Shown here piece after piece: positions 19,789 through 28,474 of a stretch of 64,000 nucleotides of DNA. The stretch spans positions 6,774 through 70,773 of the forward strand of contig JAFZWK010000034.1 of the NCBI GenBank assembly GCA_017617335.1, given 5' to 3'. The translations under genes and the position numbers were made by a program. This DNA is from Bacteroidaceae bacterium (GTDB taxonomy: Bacteria; Bacteroidota; Bacteroidia; Bacteroidales; Bacteroidaceae). The notes beneath the pieces are model-generated. The model saw nothing but the letters and a program-made list of their open reading frames with translations. It searched no databases and was not told the origin of the DNA. Position 1 is the stretch's first letter, and each line of letters starts with the position of its first letter.

Positions 19789-20810
19789 AAGCAATACAGA
19801 TATCGCATAATCAGCAGTTGAATATCATTGAGGTGGAGCGTCCTCTTGCACCTAATAATAAAGAAGTACTGCTCAAACTTTGTTACGTCGGCTTTTGCGG
19901 CTCAGACCTTAACACGTTCATGGGGCGCAATCCTATGGCATTGAACCCTGTCATCCCAGGTCACGAGGTGGGTGCCATTATCGAGGCAGTAGGCTCTGAC
20001 GTACCTGAAGACTTGAAGCCTGGTATGGTCGTAACATGCAATCCCTATACCAATTGCGGAAAATGTGCATCATGTCGAAACCAGCGATTCAACGCGTGCC
20101 AATACAACGAGACTCTGGGCGTACAACGTAATGGAGCCATGAAGGAGTACATCTCCCTGCCGTGGGAAAAAGTCATCCCAGCAGGAACGCTCACGCCAAA
20201 GACCTGTGCCTTGATCGAACCCATGTCTGTTGGTTTCCATGCAGTAAGTCGTGCGCAGGTAACGGACATCGATGTGGTACTGGTCATTGGCTGCGGAATG
20301 GTTGGCATGGGAGCAATAGTGCGCTCAGTCATGCGTGGAGCCACCGTCATTGCCGCCGACATCGATGACGAGAAGCTGCAGCTGGCACTTCAAATGGGAG
20401 CATCTTATGCTATTAATACGAAAACAGAGAATGTTCACCAGCGTCTCATAGAGATGACCAATGGGTTAGGTCCTGATGTGGTTATCGAAGCCGTGGGGAG
20501 TACCCCAACCTATCAGATGGCAGTCAACGAGGTAGCTTTCACTGGGCGCGTTGTATGCATTGGCTATGCAAAAGCTGAAGTTTCCTTCCAGACAAAGTTT
20601 TTCGTGCAGAAAGAACTTGATATTCGTGGCTCACGCAACGCCCAGCCTTCAGATTTCCGTGCCGTCATTCATTATCTGGAGCGTGACACTTGTCCTGTTG
20701 ACACATTGATTACCAAAATAATTCGTCCTGAACAAGCACTCGACACCATGCGTTGGTGGAGCGAGAACCCAGGTCGCGTGTTCCGCATTCTGGTAGATTT
20801 CTCAGAGTAG
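19785..20810 (+). CDS. Zn-dependent medium-chain dehydrogenase (candidate L-galactonate 5-dehydrogenase)
   Basis: GFCGSDLN, GHEVGAIIEAVG, structural-Zn cysteines CGKCASCRNQRFNAC, and the Rossmann motif VIGCGMVGMG. ATGA overlap with the upstream gene. Confidence 0.85.
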   Translation: MKAIQISHNQQLNIIEVERPLAPNNKEVLLKLCYVGFCGSDLNTFMGRNPMALNPVIPGHEVGAIIEAVGSDVPEDLKPGMVVTCNPYTNCGKCASCRNQRFNACQYNETLGVQRNGAMKEYISLPWEKVIPAGTLTPKTCALIEPMSVGFHAVSRAQVTDIDVVLVIGCGMVGMGAIVRSVMRGATVIAADIDDEKLQLALQMGASYAINTKTENVHQRLIEMTNGLGPDVVIEAVGSTPTYQMAVNEVAFTGRVVCIGYAKAEVSFQTKFFVQKELDIRGSRNAQPSDFRAVIHYLERDTCPVDTLITKIIRPEQALDTMRWWSENPGRVFRILVDFSE

Positions 20811-20841
20811 GCGTATCCTTACATTTTACTTCTCCAAGTCA

Positions 20842-20929
20842 ACACGTTGAAAGTGCGGACACAACACGTTAACTTTGCAATCTCAACACGTTAACTTTGC
20901 AATCTCAACACGTTGTCTTTTGCCTTTCA
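20842..20929 (+). repeat. 22-bp-period tandem array C (4 units)
   Basis: Cores start at 20842 (ACACGTTG), 20864 and 20886 (ACACGTTA), and 20908 (ACACGTTG). The repeated unit is ACACGTTAACTTTGCAATCTCA. It lies between convergent gene ends (20810 / 20978). Confidence 0.9.
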
Positions 20930-20977
20930 ACAGATGATGGTTGGGGAGAGGACAAGAATGAGGGAAAAGAGAAAAAG

Positions 20978-21940
20978 TTACCTCACCAACACCTTACGCG
21001 AAGTCTGATCCGTCTTGACGACATAAACACCTGGTGAGGGAGCCGTAAGACGTAGATCGGTACCTGATTCCGTGACAAGCTGGCGACCATCCAAGGTGCA
21101 AAGGGTAGCAGTAAGAAGACGGTCGCTGACGACACGAACCTGACGGCCTGAAGCGTAGATCTGAGGCTCTGAAGCAAGGGCAGACGAAACGGCATCTGGC
21201 TTCTGGGTACCTAAATACGTGGCGTTGATAGTCTCAAGAAAGATATTAACTGTAATGCTGTAGTATCCATTCTGAACCAAGTTCCATTTGTAGTCGTGCG
21301 AATAATTGTATGCTACCTGAGTGGCATCGAGGATGGAAGCATCCTGAGTGAAGGGATGGAGCGACTTGGGATTCCATCCGTATTGACCCAGGATCTTGAA
21401 CCTCTTGGATTCCACATTGCCAGAATAGTTCTTGAGCAAGCCTCGCCAAGTCCACACGTAAGGGTCGTTGATACTCTGATACATGGGCTCGGCTTTCTCC
21501 AGATCCCAACCATCGGTCTGGTCTGGGGCAACGCATCCGCCTACTATCCACGCCTCGTACCACCACTCGAAGAGTTCGCCCCTGACGGTTGTTGAAGAGG
21601 GATCGAGGACAAAACGGTAATTATCGGCCGAGAAAAGGACTTTCCAGGCTAAGGACGACGAGTTGCCACGAGCAGAAGTGTAAGGAATGCCGTCGTTCAC
21701 AATGTTGGCATCCTCATACTTAGGTGCGTAGCAGAGCGAGGTGGATCGCAAGATAGAGGTAGTGGTGAGGAAAAGGTCGCCAGGTTGCAAGGTGCCGTGA
21801 AAATGGAAGGTACCATCAGCGAACTTCTCAAGTTCCTGTGACTCTCCTGGAACTGCGCTTCCGACGGCATAGATAGCCCGCTGCGCCTCAGCAGAAACAA
21901 CAAGAGAAAGGAATAGAAAGGAAATTATGATCTTCTTCAT
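20978..21940 (-). CDS. hypothetical secreted protein with T9SS C-terminal sorting domain (possible carbohydrate-binding accessory protein)
   Basis: Signal peptide MKKIIISFLFLSLVVSAEAQ (ATG 21940; alternative ATG 21952). C-terminus TLCTLDGRQLV...PGVYVVKTDQTSRKVLVR. It sits immediately downstream of GH31. Confidence 0.6.
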   Translation of the reverse strand: MKKIIISFLFLSLVVSAEAQRAIYAVGSAVPGESQELEKFADGTFHFHGTLQPGDLFLTTTSILRSTSLCYAPKYEDANIVNDGIPYTSARGNSSSLAWKVLFSADNYRFVLDPSSTTVRGELFEWWYEAWIVGGCVAPDQTDGWDLEKAEPMYQSINDPYVWTWRGLLKNYSGNVESKRFKILGQYGWNPKSLHPFTQDASILDATQVAYNYSHDYKWNLVQNGYYSITVNIFLETINATYLGTQKPDAVSSALASEPQIYASGRQVRVVSDRLLTATLCTLDGRQLVTESGTDLRLTAPSPGVYVVKTDQTSRKVLVR

Positions 21941-21955
21941 TGTAGTGAGCATTTC

Positions 21956-24256
21956 TTAAAGATGAGCCATCGTACTGGGAGCACCAATAACACGAATGTT
22001 GACAGGAGAGGAGCAACTGCGGCGAGGAACAGTAATTCTAAGCACACGCGAGTTAGAATCATAGTGGCAAATCTGGTCGTCGGAGAGTACATCCTGACCA
22101 TCGAGTGAGACACCCTCAGGCTGCATCTCCTGACCAAGAAACTCGACTTGCCAAACACGCTCAGCTGGCATCGAGGCGAAATGACCCTCGCGTGCCGCAA
22201 TCTGGAAGTCTACATTTCCTCCCTCACGACGCTGTGAGAAACGTGTGTCTGTGTATTGGGTAGGATAATCCTGCGTGTCTCCAGCATCTTCGTAAAACCT
22301 TCCCACTCCATCCGCTCCTGGTACAACCTGTACGATGATCGTGTCAGGAGTAGTCTGAACCGTGCGCTGATCTGGATAGTTAGGAATGATGGAGCCAGCA
22401 CGATAATAAAGCGGAATCTCATCGGAAGTGAAATATCCCATGAAGGTACGGTCGCCAGAAATGAGACGACCAGACGTTGTATCCCACCACTTGCCCTCAG
22501 GAAGCCAGATGCTCCGATGAGCATAGCCATCGGATTGAGTAGGCATATAAATGGGAGCCACGAGCATATCGTTGCCAAAGAAGTACTCATCTTCGTACTT
22601 ATAGGCATTGTTCTCCTCTGGATACTCGTAATAGAGGGGGCGGTTCATGCCGATGCCTGTCTCGTATGTCTCACGTGCAGCCGTATATAAATAAGGAAAG
22701 ATGCGATAACGAAGACGGACGGCATCGAGGAGCTGCGGGAAATTGCTGTAACGCCAAATGCGACGCTCCAGATTACTGGCGTTGGTAGCATGGGAACGGA
22801 AAATAGGAGTGAAAGCGCCGAACTGCATCCAGCGTAGGAAGAGTTCAGGATCATTGTCGCCTCCCTGGTGGCCACCCAGATCATGCCCCCAATAAGCATA
22901 GCCGACGTTGCTGGCCTGGCTGGTGAAACCTACCTCGAAAGCAAGGGTACTCCATGCAGAGAAAGTATCGCCTGAGAAACCTATCTGATAGCGATGACTG
23001 CCCAGCCCACCCCAACGATGAAATATGACGGGACGCACCTCAGGACGATTGATGCGCATATCCTCAAAAAAGACATGATTACACCAAAACGTCTCCCCCA
23101 ACCCATCCAAATATGGATTGGTTAACCATTGCTGCCAATCGAGCCACCAGAAATCCACTCCCTCCTGCTCGCGAAGACGTATGATATTCTTGAACATCGA
23201 CTTGTAGAACGTGTAATCATTGAGCTGCCAAGGAATGGTTTCAGTTGAAGTGGAAGGCAATCCCATATCGGCTCGCAAAAGAGAATAGTTGTCCTCGTTG
23301 CTTTTCACACCATCTGCTGGATGAAGATTGAGACTCGTCTTGAGACCATGCAGATGGAAATAAGCAAGCAATTGCTTGGGATTGGGGATCAGATCAGTAT
23401 TCCAGGTCCATCCTGTCCAGCCGTTGATATGCCAATCCGTATCCACAATCATCACATCAATGGGAATATTGTTGCGCTCGATCTCCATCACGAGTTGGCG
23501 GAACTGCTGTTGGGTATATGCATAATAACGACTATACCAATAACCAAAGATGTACTTGGGAGGTAAGGGAATGCGACCAGCTACTAGGATAAAATCATGG
23601 AGACATTGCTTGTAATCGTGTCCATAACCAAGGAAATACCAGTCTGTTGCTGTTGGATCAATGGGCTTATCAACCCAATAAAAGCCATCGCTGGTTGGCT
23701 GAAAGACAAAACTTCGGCTACCATCTCCTCGTTGGGCCGATGGTGACTCGTCAACAATACTCCATCCAGCGCGTGAGAGAAGACCTTTCTCGATACCCTC
23801 CTTAAAAGAATCCCCCCAAGCATTGTCGAGTGTACGACGTGTTCCTCCCAAATTGAGGGCATCATCCTTGCCAGGATACCACACGACGGTTTGCCCATTA
23901 AGCAGAAAAGAGATGCTCAGATTCTTGGTAGATCGGTCTGTCGCTTTAGGTTGAGAACCAATACGATAGCGTAACTCCAAGGCAGAGGTTTTGATATAGA
24001 GGTAACCATCCTCAGTCTGCGAGGTAAACTCCGGTACTGGAAGTTTGCGATTGACAACGGCAAAGCTGGCTCGATTCTCAAATTGGGCCGTTTCGCTGTA
24101 CTGCATACGAATCATCTGAGGCGTAAGAACAGTAAAGCGCATATTGCCAGAGAGCACCACTGCTTCAGGATTTGGAACGGGGTCATACCCGTCCTGAGCC
24201 TGCATGAAAAGAAAACTTACAAGACCCAGAAAAAGGGTGAGATAACGATGTTTCAT
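21956..24256 (-). CDS. glycoside hydrolase family 31
   Basis: 766 aa with a signal peptide. The TIM-barrel region carries IDVMIVDTDWH and EGVDFWWLDWQQW (GH31 nucleophile-region pattern), plus WGHDLGGH. Substrate specificity cannot be called from sequence. Confidence 0.8.
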   Translation of the reverse strand: MKHRYLTLFLGLVSFLFMQAQDGYDPVPNPEAVVLSGNMRFTVLTPQMIRMQYSETAQFENRASFAVVNRKLPVPEFTSQTEDGYLYIKTSALELRYRIGSQPKATDRSTKNLSISFLLNGQTVVWYPGKDDALNLGGTRRTLDNAWGDSFKEGIEKGLLSRAGWSIVDESPSAQRGDGSRSFVFQPTSDGFYWVDKPIDPTATDWYFLGYGHDYKQCLHDFILVAGRIPLPPKYIFGYWYSRYYAYTQQQFRQLVMEIERNNIPIDVMIVDTDWHINGWTGWTWNTDLIPNPKQLLAYFHLHGLKTSLNLHPADGVKSNEDNYSLLRADMGLPSTSTETIPWQLNDYTFYKSMFKNIIRLREQEGVDFWWLDWQQWLTNPYLDGLGETFWCNHVFFEDMRINRPEVRPVIFHRWGGLGSHRYQIGFSGDTFSAWSTLAFEVGFTSQASNVGYAYWGHDLGGHQGGDNDPELFLRWMQFGAFTPIFRSHATNASNLERRIWRYSNFPQLLDAVRLRYRIFPYLYTAARETYETGIGMNRPLYYEYPEENNAYKYEDEYFFGNDMLVAPIYMPTQSDGYAHRSIWLPEGKWWDTTSGRLISGDRTFMGYFTSDEIPLYYRAGSIIPNYPDQRTVQTTPDTIIVQVVPGADGVGRFYEDAGDTQDYPTQYTDTRFSQRREGGNVDFQIAAREGHFASMPAERVWQVEFLGQEMQPEGVSLDGQDVLSDDQICHYDSNSRVLRITVPRRSCSSPVNIRVIGAPSTMAHL

Positions 24257-24280
24257 TTAGATATATAATATTTCAAGTTG

Positions 24281-24288
24281 CAAAAATA
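24281..24288 (-). promoter_or_regulatory. -7 promoter box for GH31
   Basis: Minus-strand TATTTTTG, 25 nt upstream of the ATG at 24256. Confidence 0.45.
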
Positions 24289-24373
24289 AACATTTTTCTG
24301 GAAAAACCCGAAAGAGGGTGAATTTTTAACCAAGATTTTACATAAAATAGAATCGTCTTACATCTTTTTTTAT

Positions 24374-24381
24374 TACCTTTG
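24374..24381 (+). promoter_or_regulatory. -7 promoter box for the mmd operon
   Basis: TACCTTTG within TTTATTACCTTTGCG (the same 13-nt context as at 16281-16293), 39 nt upstream of the ATG at 24420. Confidence 0.5.
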
Positions 24382-24419
24382 CGTGCGAAAAAAGAAATCC
24401 TTTATTTATCTAAATAAAA

Positions 24420-25991
24420 ATGAGTATTCAAACAGAAAAAATCAAGGAGTTGGTAGAACTCCGTGCCAAAGCCCGTATTGGTGGAGGCGAAAAAGCTATT
24501 GAGAAACAGCACGCTAAAGGCAAGCTCACAGCACACGAACGCATTGCCCTGTTGCTGGATGAGGGTAGTTTCGAGGAGATGGACATGTTCGTAGAGCACC
24601 GTTGTACGAACTTCGGTATGGAAAAGAAGCATTATCTGGGTGATGGCGTAGTGACTGGCTGCGGTACTATCGGCGGTCGTCTGGTCTATGTTTTCGCACA
24701 GGACTTTACCGTATCGGCAGGTTCTCTTAGCGAGATGCTGGCAAGCAAAATCTGCAAGATAATGGATATGGCCATGAAGGTGGGTGCACCCGTTATCGGA
24801 TTGAATGACTCTGGTGGCGCACGTCTACAAGAGGGTATTAATGCCTTGGCCGGCTATGCTGAAATCTTCCAGCGTAACATTATGGCAAGCGGCGTGATTC
24901 CCCAGCTGAGTGCCATCATGGGGCCCTGCGCAGGTGGAGCTGTTTACAGCCCTGCTTTGACTGACTTCACATTCATGGTGGAGAACTCCAGCTACATGTT
25001 CCTTACTGGTCCTGGCCCCGTGAAAGCCGTTTTGGGTGAGGTTGTTACCCAAGAGCAATTAGGAGGTGCTAGTGTACACTCTACCAAGTCTGGTGTTACT
25101 CACTTCACCGCGAAGAGTGACGAGGAGTGCATTGCGATGATAAAGCAACTCGTGAGCTACATTCCTCAGAACAACATGGAAAAGACACCTCGCGTGGAAT
25201 GTACCGATCCGATAGACCGCAAGGAAGATTTCCTGAACGACATCATACCTGACAATCCCAACATGGCTTATGATATGTACGAGGTGATTGCCGGTATCGT
25301 GGACAACGGAGAATTCTTTGAGGTTCAGCCTAATTTTGCAAAGAACATCATCATTGGCTTCGCACGCTTCAATGGTGAAAGCGTAGGTGTAGTTGCCAAT
25401 CAACCTAAGCAGCTGGCTGGTGTGCTGGATTGCAATTCAAGTCGTAAAGGCGCACGTTTCGTACGTTTCTGTGACGCATTCAATATCCCCATTGTGACTC
25501 TCGTAGACGTTCCTGGTTTCTTGCCTGGCACAGGTCAGGAATACAATGCTGTCATCCAGCACGGAGCCAAGTTGCTTTATGCTTACGGAGAGGCTACTAT
25601 ACCCAAAGTGACCGTTACTCTGCGCAAGTCCTATGGTGGTTCTCACATTGTGATGTCATGCAAGCAACTGCGCGGTGACCTGAACTACGCATGGCCATCT
25701 TCCGAGATTGCTGTCATGGGAGCTAGCGGTGCTGCATCCGTTCTCTATGCTAAAGAGGCCAAGGCCCTGAAGGAAGAAGGGAAAACCGAAGAGGCAAAAG
25801 CATTCATCAAGGAGAAAGAAGACGAATACAACAAGCTGTTCGCTACTCCTTATCAGGCTGCCAAGTATGGCTACATCGATGATGTGATTGAGCCACGCAA
25901 CACTCGTTTCCGTATCATTCGCGCTCTGGCTCAGTTGGCAAACAAGAAGTTGACCAACCCAGCTAAGAAGCATGGTAATATTCCTCTGTAA
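24420..25991 (+). CDS. mmdA: methylmalonyl-CoA decarboxylase alpha subunit (acyl-CoA carboxyltransferase)
   Basis: 523-aa carboxyltransferase with [20 protein letters not shown] and VTLRKSYGG motifs. It heads an operon with OadG-like, BCCP and Na+-pump beta-subunit genes. Confidence 0.9.
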   Translation: MSIQTEKIKELVELRAKARIGGGEKAIEKQHAKGKLTAHERIALLLDEGSFEEMDMFVEHRCTNFGMEKKHYLGDGVVTGCGTIGGRLVYVFAQDFTVSAGSLSEMLASKICKIMDMAMKVGAPVIGLNDSGGARLQEGINALAGYAEIFQRNIMASGVIPQLSAIMGPCAGGAVYSPALTDFTFMVENSSYMFLTGPGPVKAVLGEVVTQEQLGGASVHSTKSGVTHFTAKSDEECIAMIKQLVSYIPQNNMEKTPRVECTDPIDRKEDFLNDIIPDNPNMAYDMYEVIAGIVDNGEFFEVQPNFAKNIIIGFARFNGESVGVVANQPKQLAGVLDCNSSRKGARFVRFCDAFNIPIVTLVDVPGFLPGTGQEYNAVIQHGAKLLYAYGEATIPKVTVTLRKSYGGSHIVMSCKQLRGDLNYAWPSSEIAVMGASGAASVLYAKEAKALKEEGKTEEAKAFIKEKEDEYNKLFATPYQAAKYGYIDDVIEPRNTRFRIIRALAQLANKKLTNPAKKHGNIPL

Positions 25992-26009
25992 TCCAAAAAT
26001 TGAAAAGAT

Positions 26010-26345
26010 ATGACAGTATTATCAGTAGACTGGGGTGTAGCTTGGATGCTGGCAGGAATATGTGTGGCAACAGTATTTTTCATCCTGCTAGTTCTCGTCC
26101 TGGTACTGCAGATTTTCAGCCTGGTGACAAAGGGCTCCAGCAAAGACGTAAAGTCTCAACCTGCTGCGGTTCCCGCTATCTCCCAAGCTGCATCTTTAGC
26201 AACAGCCAGCGAGGAAGACAAAGCCGCTGTGGCTACCGCCCTGTATCTGTATTTAAAAAACTCTCACGACGAGGAGAGTGGCATTCTGACCATCGCTCAG
26301 GAACAATATCCTGCATGGCATGCAGTACTGAATCCTTCGCTATAA
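26010..26345 (+). CDS. OadG-family small membrane subunit of the Na+-translocating decarboxylase
   Basis: 111 aa with a single N-terminal TM (WMLAGICVATVFFILLVLVLVLQIF), an Ala-rich linker, and AAVATALYLYL...EESGILTI typical of OadG/MmdD-like subunits. Its operon position fits. Confidence 0.7.
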   Translation: MTVLSVDWGVAWMLAGICVATVFFILLVLVLVLQIFSLVTKGSSKDVKSQPAAVPAISQAASLATASEEDKAAVATALYLYLKNSHDEESGILTIAQEQYPAWHAVLNPSL

Positions 26346-26407
26346 GTGTAAGGAAGATTGAAAATTAAACAATGAATGATGAATGAATAAATTAATTTAA
26401 AATTCAA

Positions 26408-27136
26408 ATGAAAGATTTCAAGTTTAAGATAGATGGTACCGACTATACAGCCTCTGTAGCTGAGAAAGAGAATGGCTCTCTTGAGGTAACCGTCAATGGT
26501 AAAGCTTATCAGGTAGAACTCCCTGAGGCAGTACATGCTCCACATCCCACGATACATCATCCTGCTGCCAGTGCAGCCGCACCAGTAGCAACGCCCCAAG
26601 CAGCAGCTGGTGGTTCTAACACCATCAGTGCTCCTCTGCCTGGCACTATCACCAAAGTGGTTGTCAGCGATGGACAAAAGGTTAAGAAGGGTGATGTTCT
26701 CGTGATCATGGAAGCTATGAAGATGGCTAACGATATCGTGGCTGAAGCTGATGGAACAGTAAAGAAGGTTGTCGTTACCGTTGGGCAAAGCGTAAACCAG
26801 GGTGAGGCACTTGTAGAGTTCCAAGCCGATGCTCAAGCTACACCTGCTGCTCCCGCTCCCAAACCTGCTGCCGCACCTGTTGCTCCACAGGCAGCTCCTG
26901 CTGCACCCAAACCAGCCGCTGGCGCAAGTTGTGTGACTGCTCCCCTGCCTGGCACTATTACCAAGATTTTGGTAAAGGCTGGTGATCAGGTGAACGCAGG
27001 TGATACAGTTCTCGTACTGGAAGCTATGAAGATGGAGAACAACATCACAGCTGAGTCTGCAGGTACCGTGAAGTCTGTGCTCGTCGAGCAAGGCGCTCAG
27101 GTTCAGGGTGGCGACGCACTTGTTGAAATAGCATAA
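26408..27136 (+). CDS. mmdC: biotin carboxyl carrier subunit with two tandem biotinyl domains
   Basis: There are two complete lipoyl/biotinyl-type domains. Each carries PLPGTITK...GD.VLV.EAMKM (biotinyl Lys105 codon at 26720-26722; Lys208 codon at 27029-27031). They are separated by Ala/Pro-rich linkers. Confidence 0.85.
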   Translation: MKDFKFKIDGTDYTASVAEKENGSLEVTVNGKAYQVELPEAVHAPHPTIHHPAASAAAPVATPQAAAGGSNTISAPLPGTITKVVVSDGQKVKKGDVLVIMEAMKMANDIVAEADGTVKKVVVTVGQSVNQGEALVEFQADAQATPAAPAPKPAAAPVAPQAAPAAPKPAAGASCVTAPLPGTITKILVKAGDQVNAGDTVLVLEAMKMENNITAESAGTVKSVLVEQGAQVQGGDALVEIA

Positions 27137-27170
27137 TGGTAGTAAGCAGTAAATACGAGACACGGAAAAT

Positions 27171-28460
27171 ATGAAAACCAACATCAAATTCCTAACCATT
27201 CTGGCACTGCTGCTTTTGGTAGCTACTCCCATGATGGCTGCAGGCTTCAATGTGGAAGACGGTTTGGGCAATTTCTTCAAAGAAATGGGCTTCGTTACAT
27301 TCTTCTACGGCGAAGGCTGGAAAAATGCAGTGATGCTGCTTATTGGCTGCCTGCTACTCTATTTGGCCATCAAGAAAGAGTATGAGCCTCTGCTGTTGTT
27401 GCCCATCGCATTTGGCATGATTCTGACAAATCTGCCAGGTGCTGGCATGTTTGATTCTCAGATGTGGAACGACGAGTTCCTGAACCCCAACAGTCCCTAT
27501 TATCATAGCTATGGTCACATCATGCGTGAAGGTGGTCTTCTGGATATTCTCTATATCGGAGTAAAGGCAGGTGTGTATCCTTGTTTGATCTTCATGGGTG
27601 TAGGCGCAATGACGGACTTTGGCCCTCTGATTGCCAACCCCAAGAGTCTCTTGTTGGGTGCAGCCGCTCAAATCGGCATCTTTGCTACCTTCCTGGTAAC
27701 ACAGATTGATATTCCTATTTTCGGCTTTACTCCTGCTCAGGCAGCTTCCATCGGTATCATCGGTGGTGCAGATGGTCCCACAGCTATCTTCCTGACCAGC
27801 AAACTGGCACCTGAACTGCTTGGCCCTATCGCTGTGGCAGCTTATAGCTATATGGCTCTTGTCCCTGTGATTCAACCTCCTATCATGAGACTGTTGACTT
27901 CCAAGGATGAGCGCATGATTCGCATGAGCCAGCTACGCAGCGTAAGTAAGAAAGAAAAAATCCTTTTTCCCATCATAGTTGCTATCATCGTATCCCTCAT
28001 CGTTCCCTCGGCAGGAACTTTGATCGGTTGCTTGATGCTGGGTAACTTGATGAAGGAGAGCGGCGTAGTAGAGCGCTTGAGCAAGGCGGCCCAGAACGAG
28101 CTGAACAACATCGTGGTCATCTGTCTCGGTCTGACTGTAGGTGCTACGGCTACCGCCACTTCTTTCATGAACTGGCAAACATTAGGTATCCTCTGCGTAG
28201 GAATCGTAGCATTTGGTATCGGTACGGGGTCTGGTGTCCTGATGGCTAAATTGATGAACCTTTTCCTGAAAGAGAAGATCAATCCTCTGATCGGCTCTGC
28301 CGGAGTAAGCGCCGTTCCTATGGCTGCTCGAGTTAGCCAGGCAGAAGGTCAGAAGGCTGATTCACGCAACTTCCTGTTGATGCACGCGATGGGTCCCAAC
28401 GTGGCAGGCGTGATTGGTTCGGCTGTTGCTGCAGGTATTCTGCTCAGCTTCTTAGGTTAA
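27171..28460 (+). CDS. mmdB: sodium ion-translocating decarboxylase beta subunit
   Basis: 429-aa polytopic membrane protein of the OadB/MmdB/GcdB family ([23 protein letters not shown]). Confidence 0.9.
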   Translation: MKTNIKFLTILALLLLVATPMMAAGFNVEDGLGNFFKEMGFVTFFYGEGWKNAVMLLIGCLLLYLAIKKEYEPLLLLPIAFGMILTNLPGAGMFDSQMWNDEFLNPNSPYYHSYGHIMREGGLLDILYIGVKAGVYPCLIFMGVGAMTDFGPLIANPKSLLLGAAAQIGIFATFLVTQIDIPIFGFTPAQAASIGIIGGADGPTAIFLTSKLAPELLGPIAVAAYSYMALVPVIQPPIMRLLTSKDERMIRMSQLRSVSKKEKILFPIIVAIIVSLIVPSAGTLIGCLMLGNLMKESGVVERLSKAAQNELNNIVVICLGLTVGATATATSFMNWQTLGILCVGIVAFGIGTGSGVLMAKLMNLFLKEKINPLIGSAGVSAVPMAARVSQAEGQKADSRNFLLMHAMGPNVAGVIGSAVAAGILLSFLG

Positions 28461-28474
28461 CAACACAATCCTTT

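Noticed and set aside
20934-21008. 24-codon mini-ORF (MMVGERTRMREKRKSYLTNTLREV) starting right after array C
   Set aside because: It overlaps the 3' end of the convergent T9SS-protein gene and has no promoter box. The resemblance of ACAGATGA to the serA start context after array E is probably part of a degenerate repeat unit.
26297-27280. 327-aa minus-strand ORF opposite the oadG-like/BCCP genes
   Set aside because: It is an antisense shadow of strongly supported genes. It is Cys/Ser/Arg-rich and low-complexity because it lies opposite the Ala/Pro-rich linkers. No motif or promoter box supports it.
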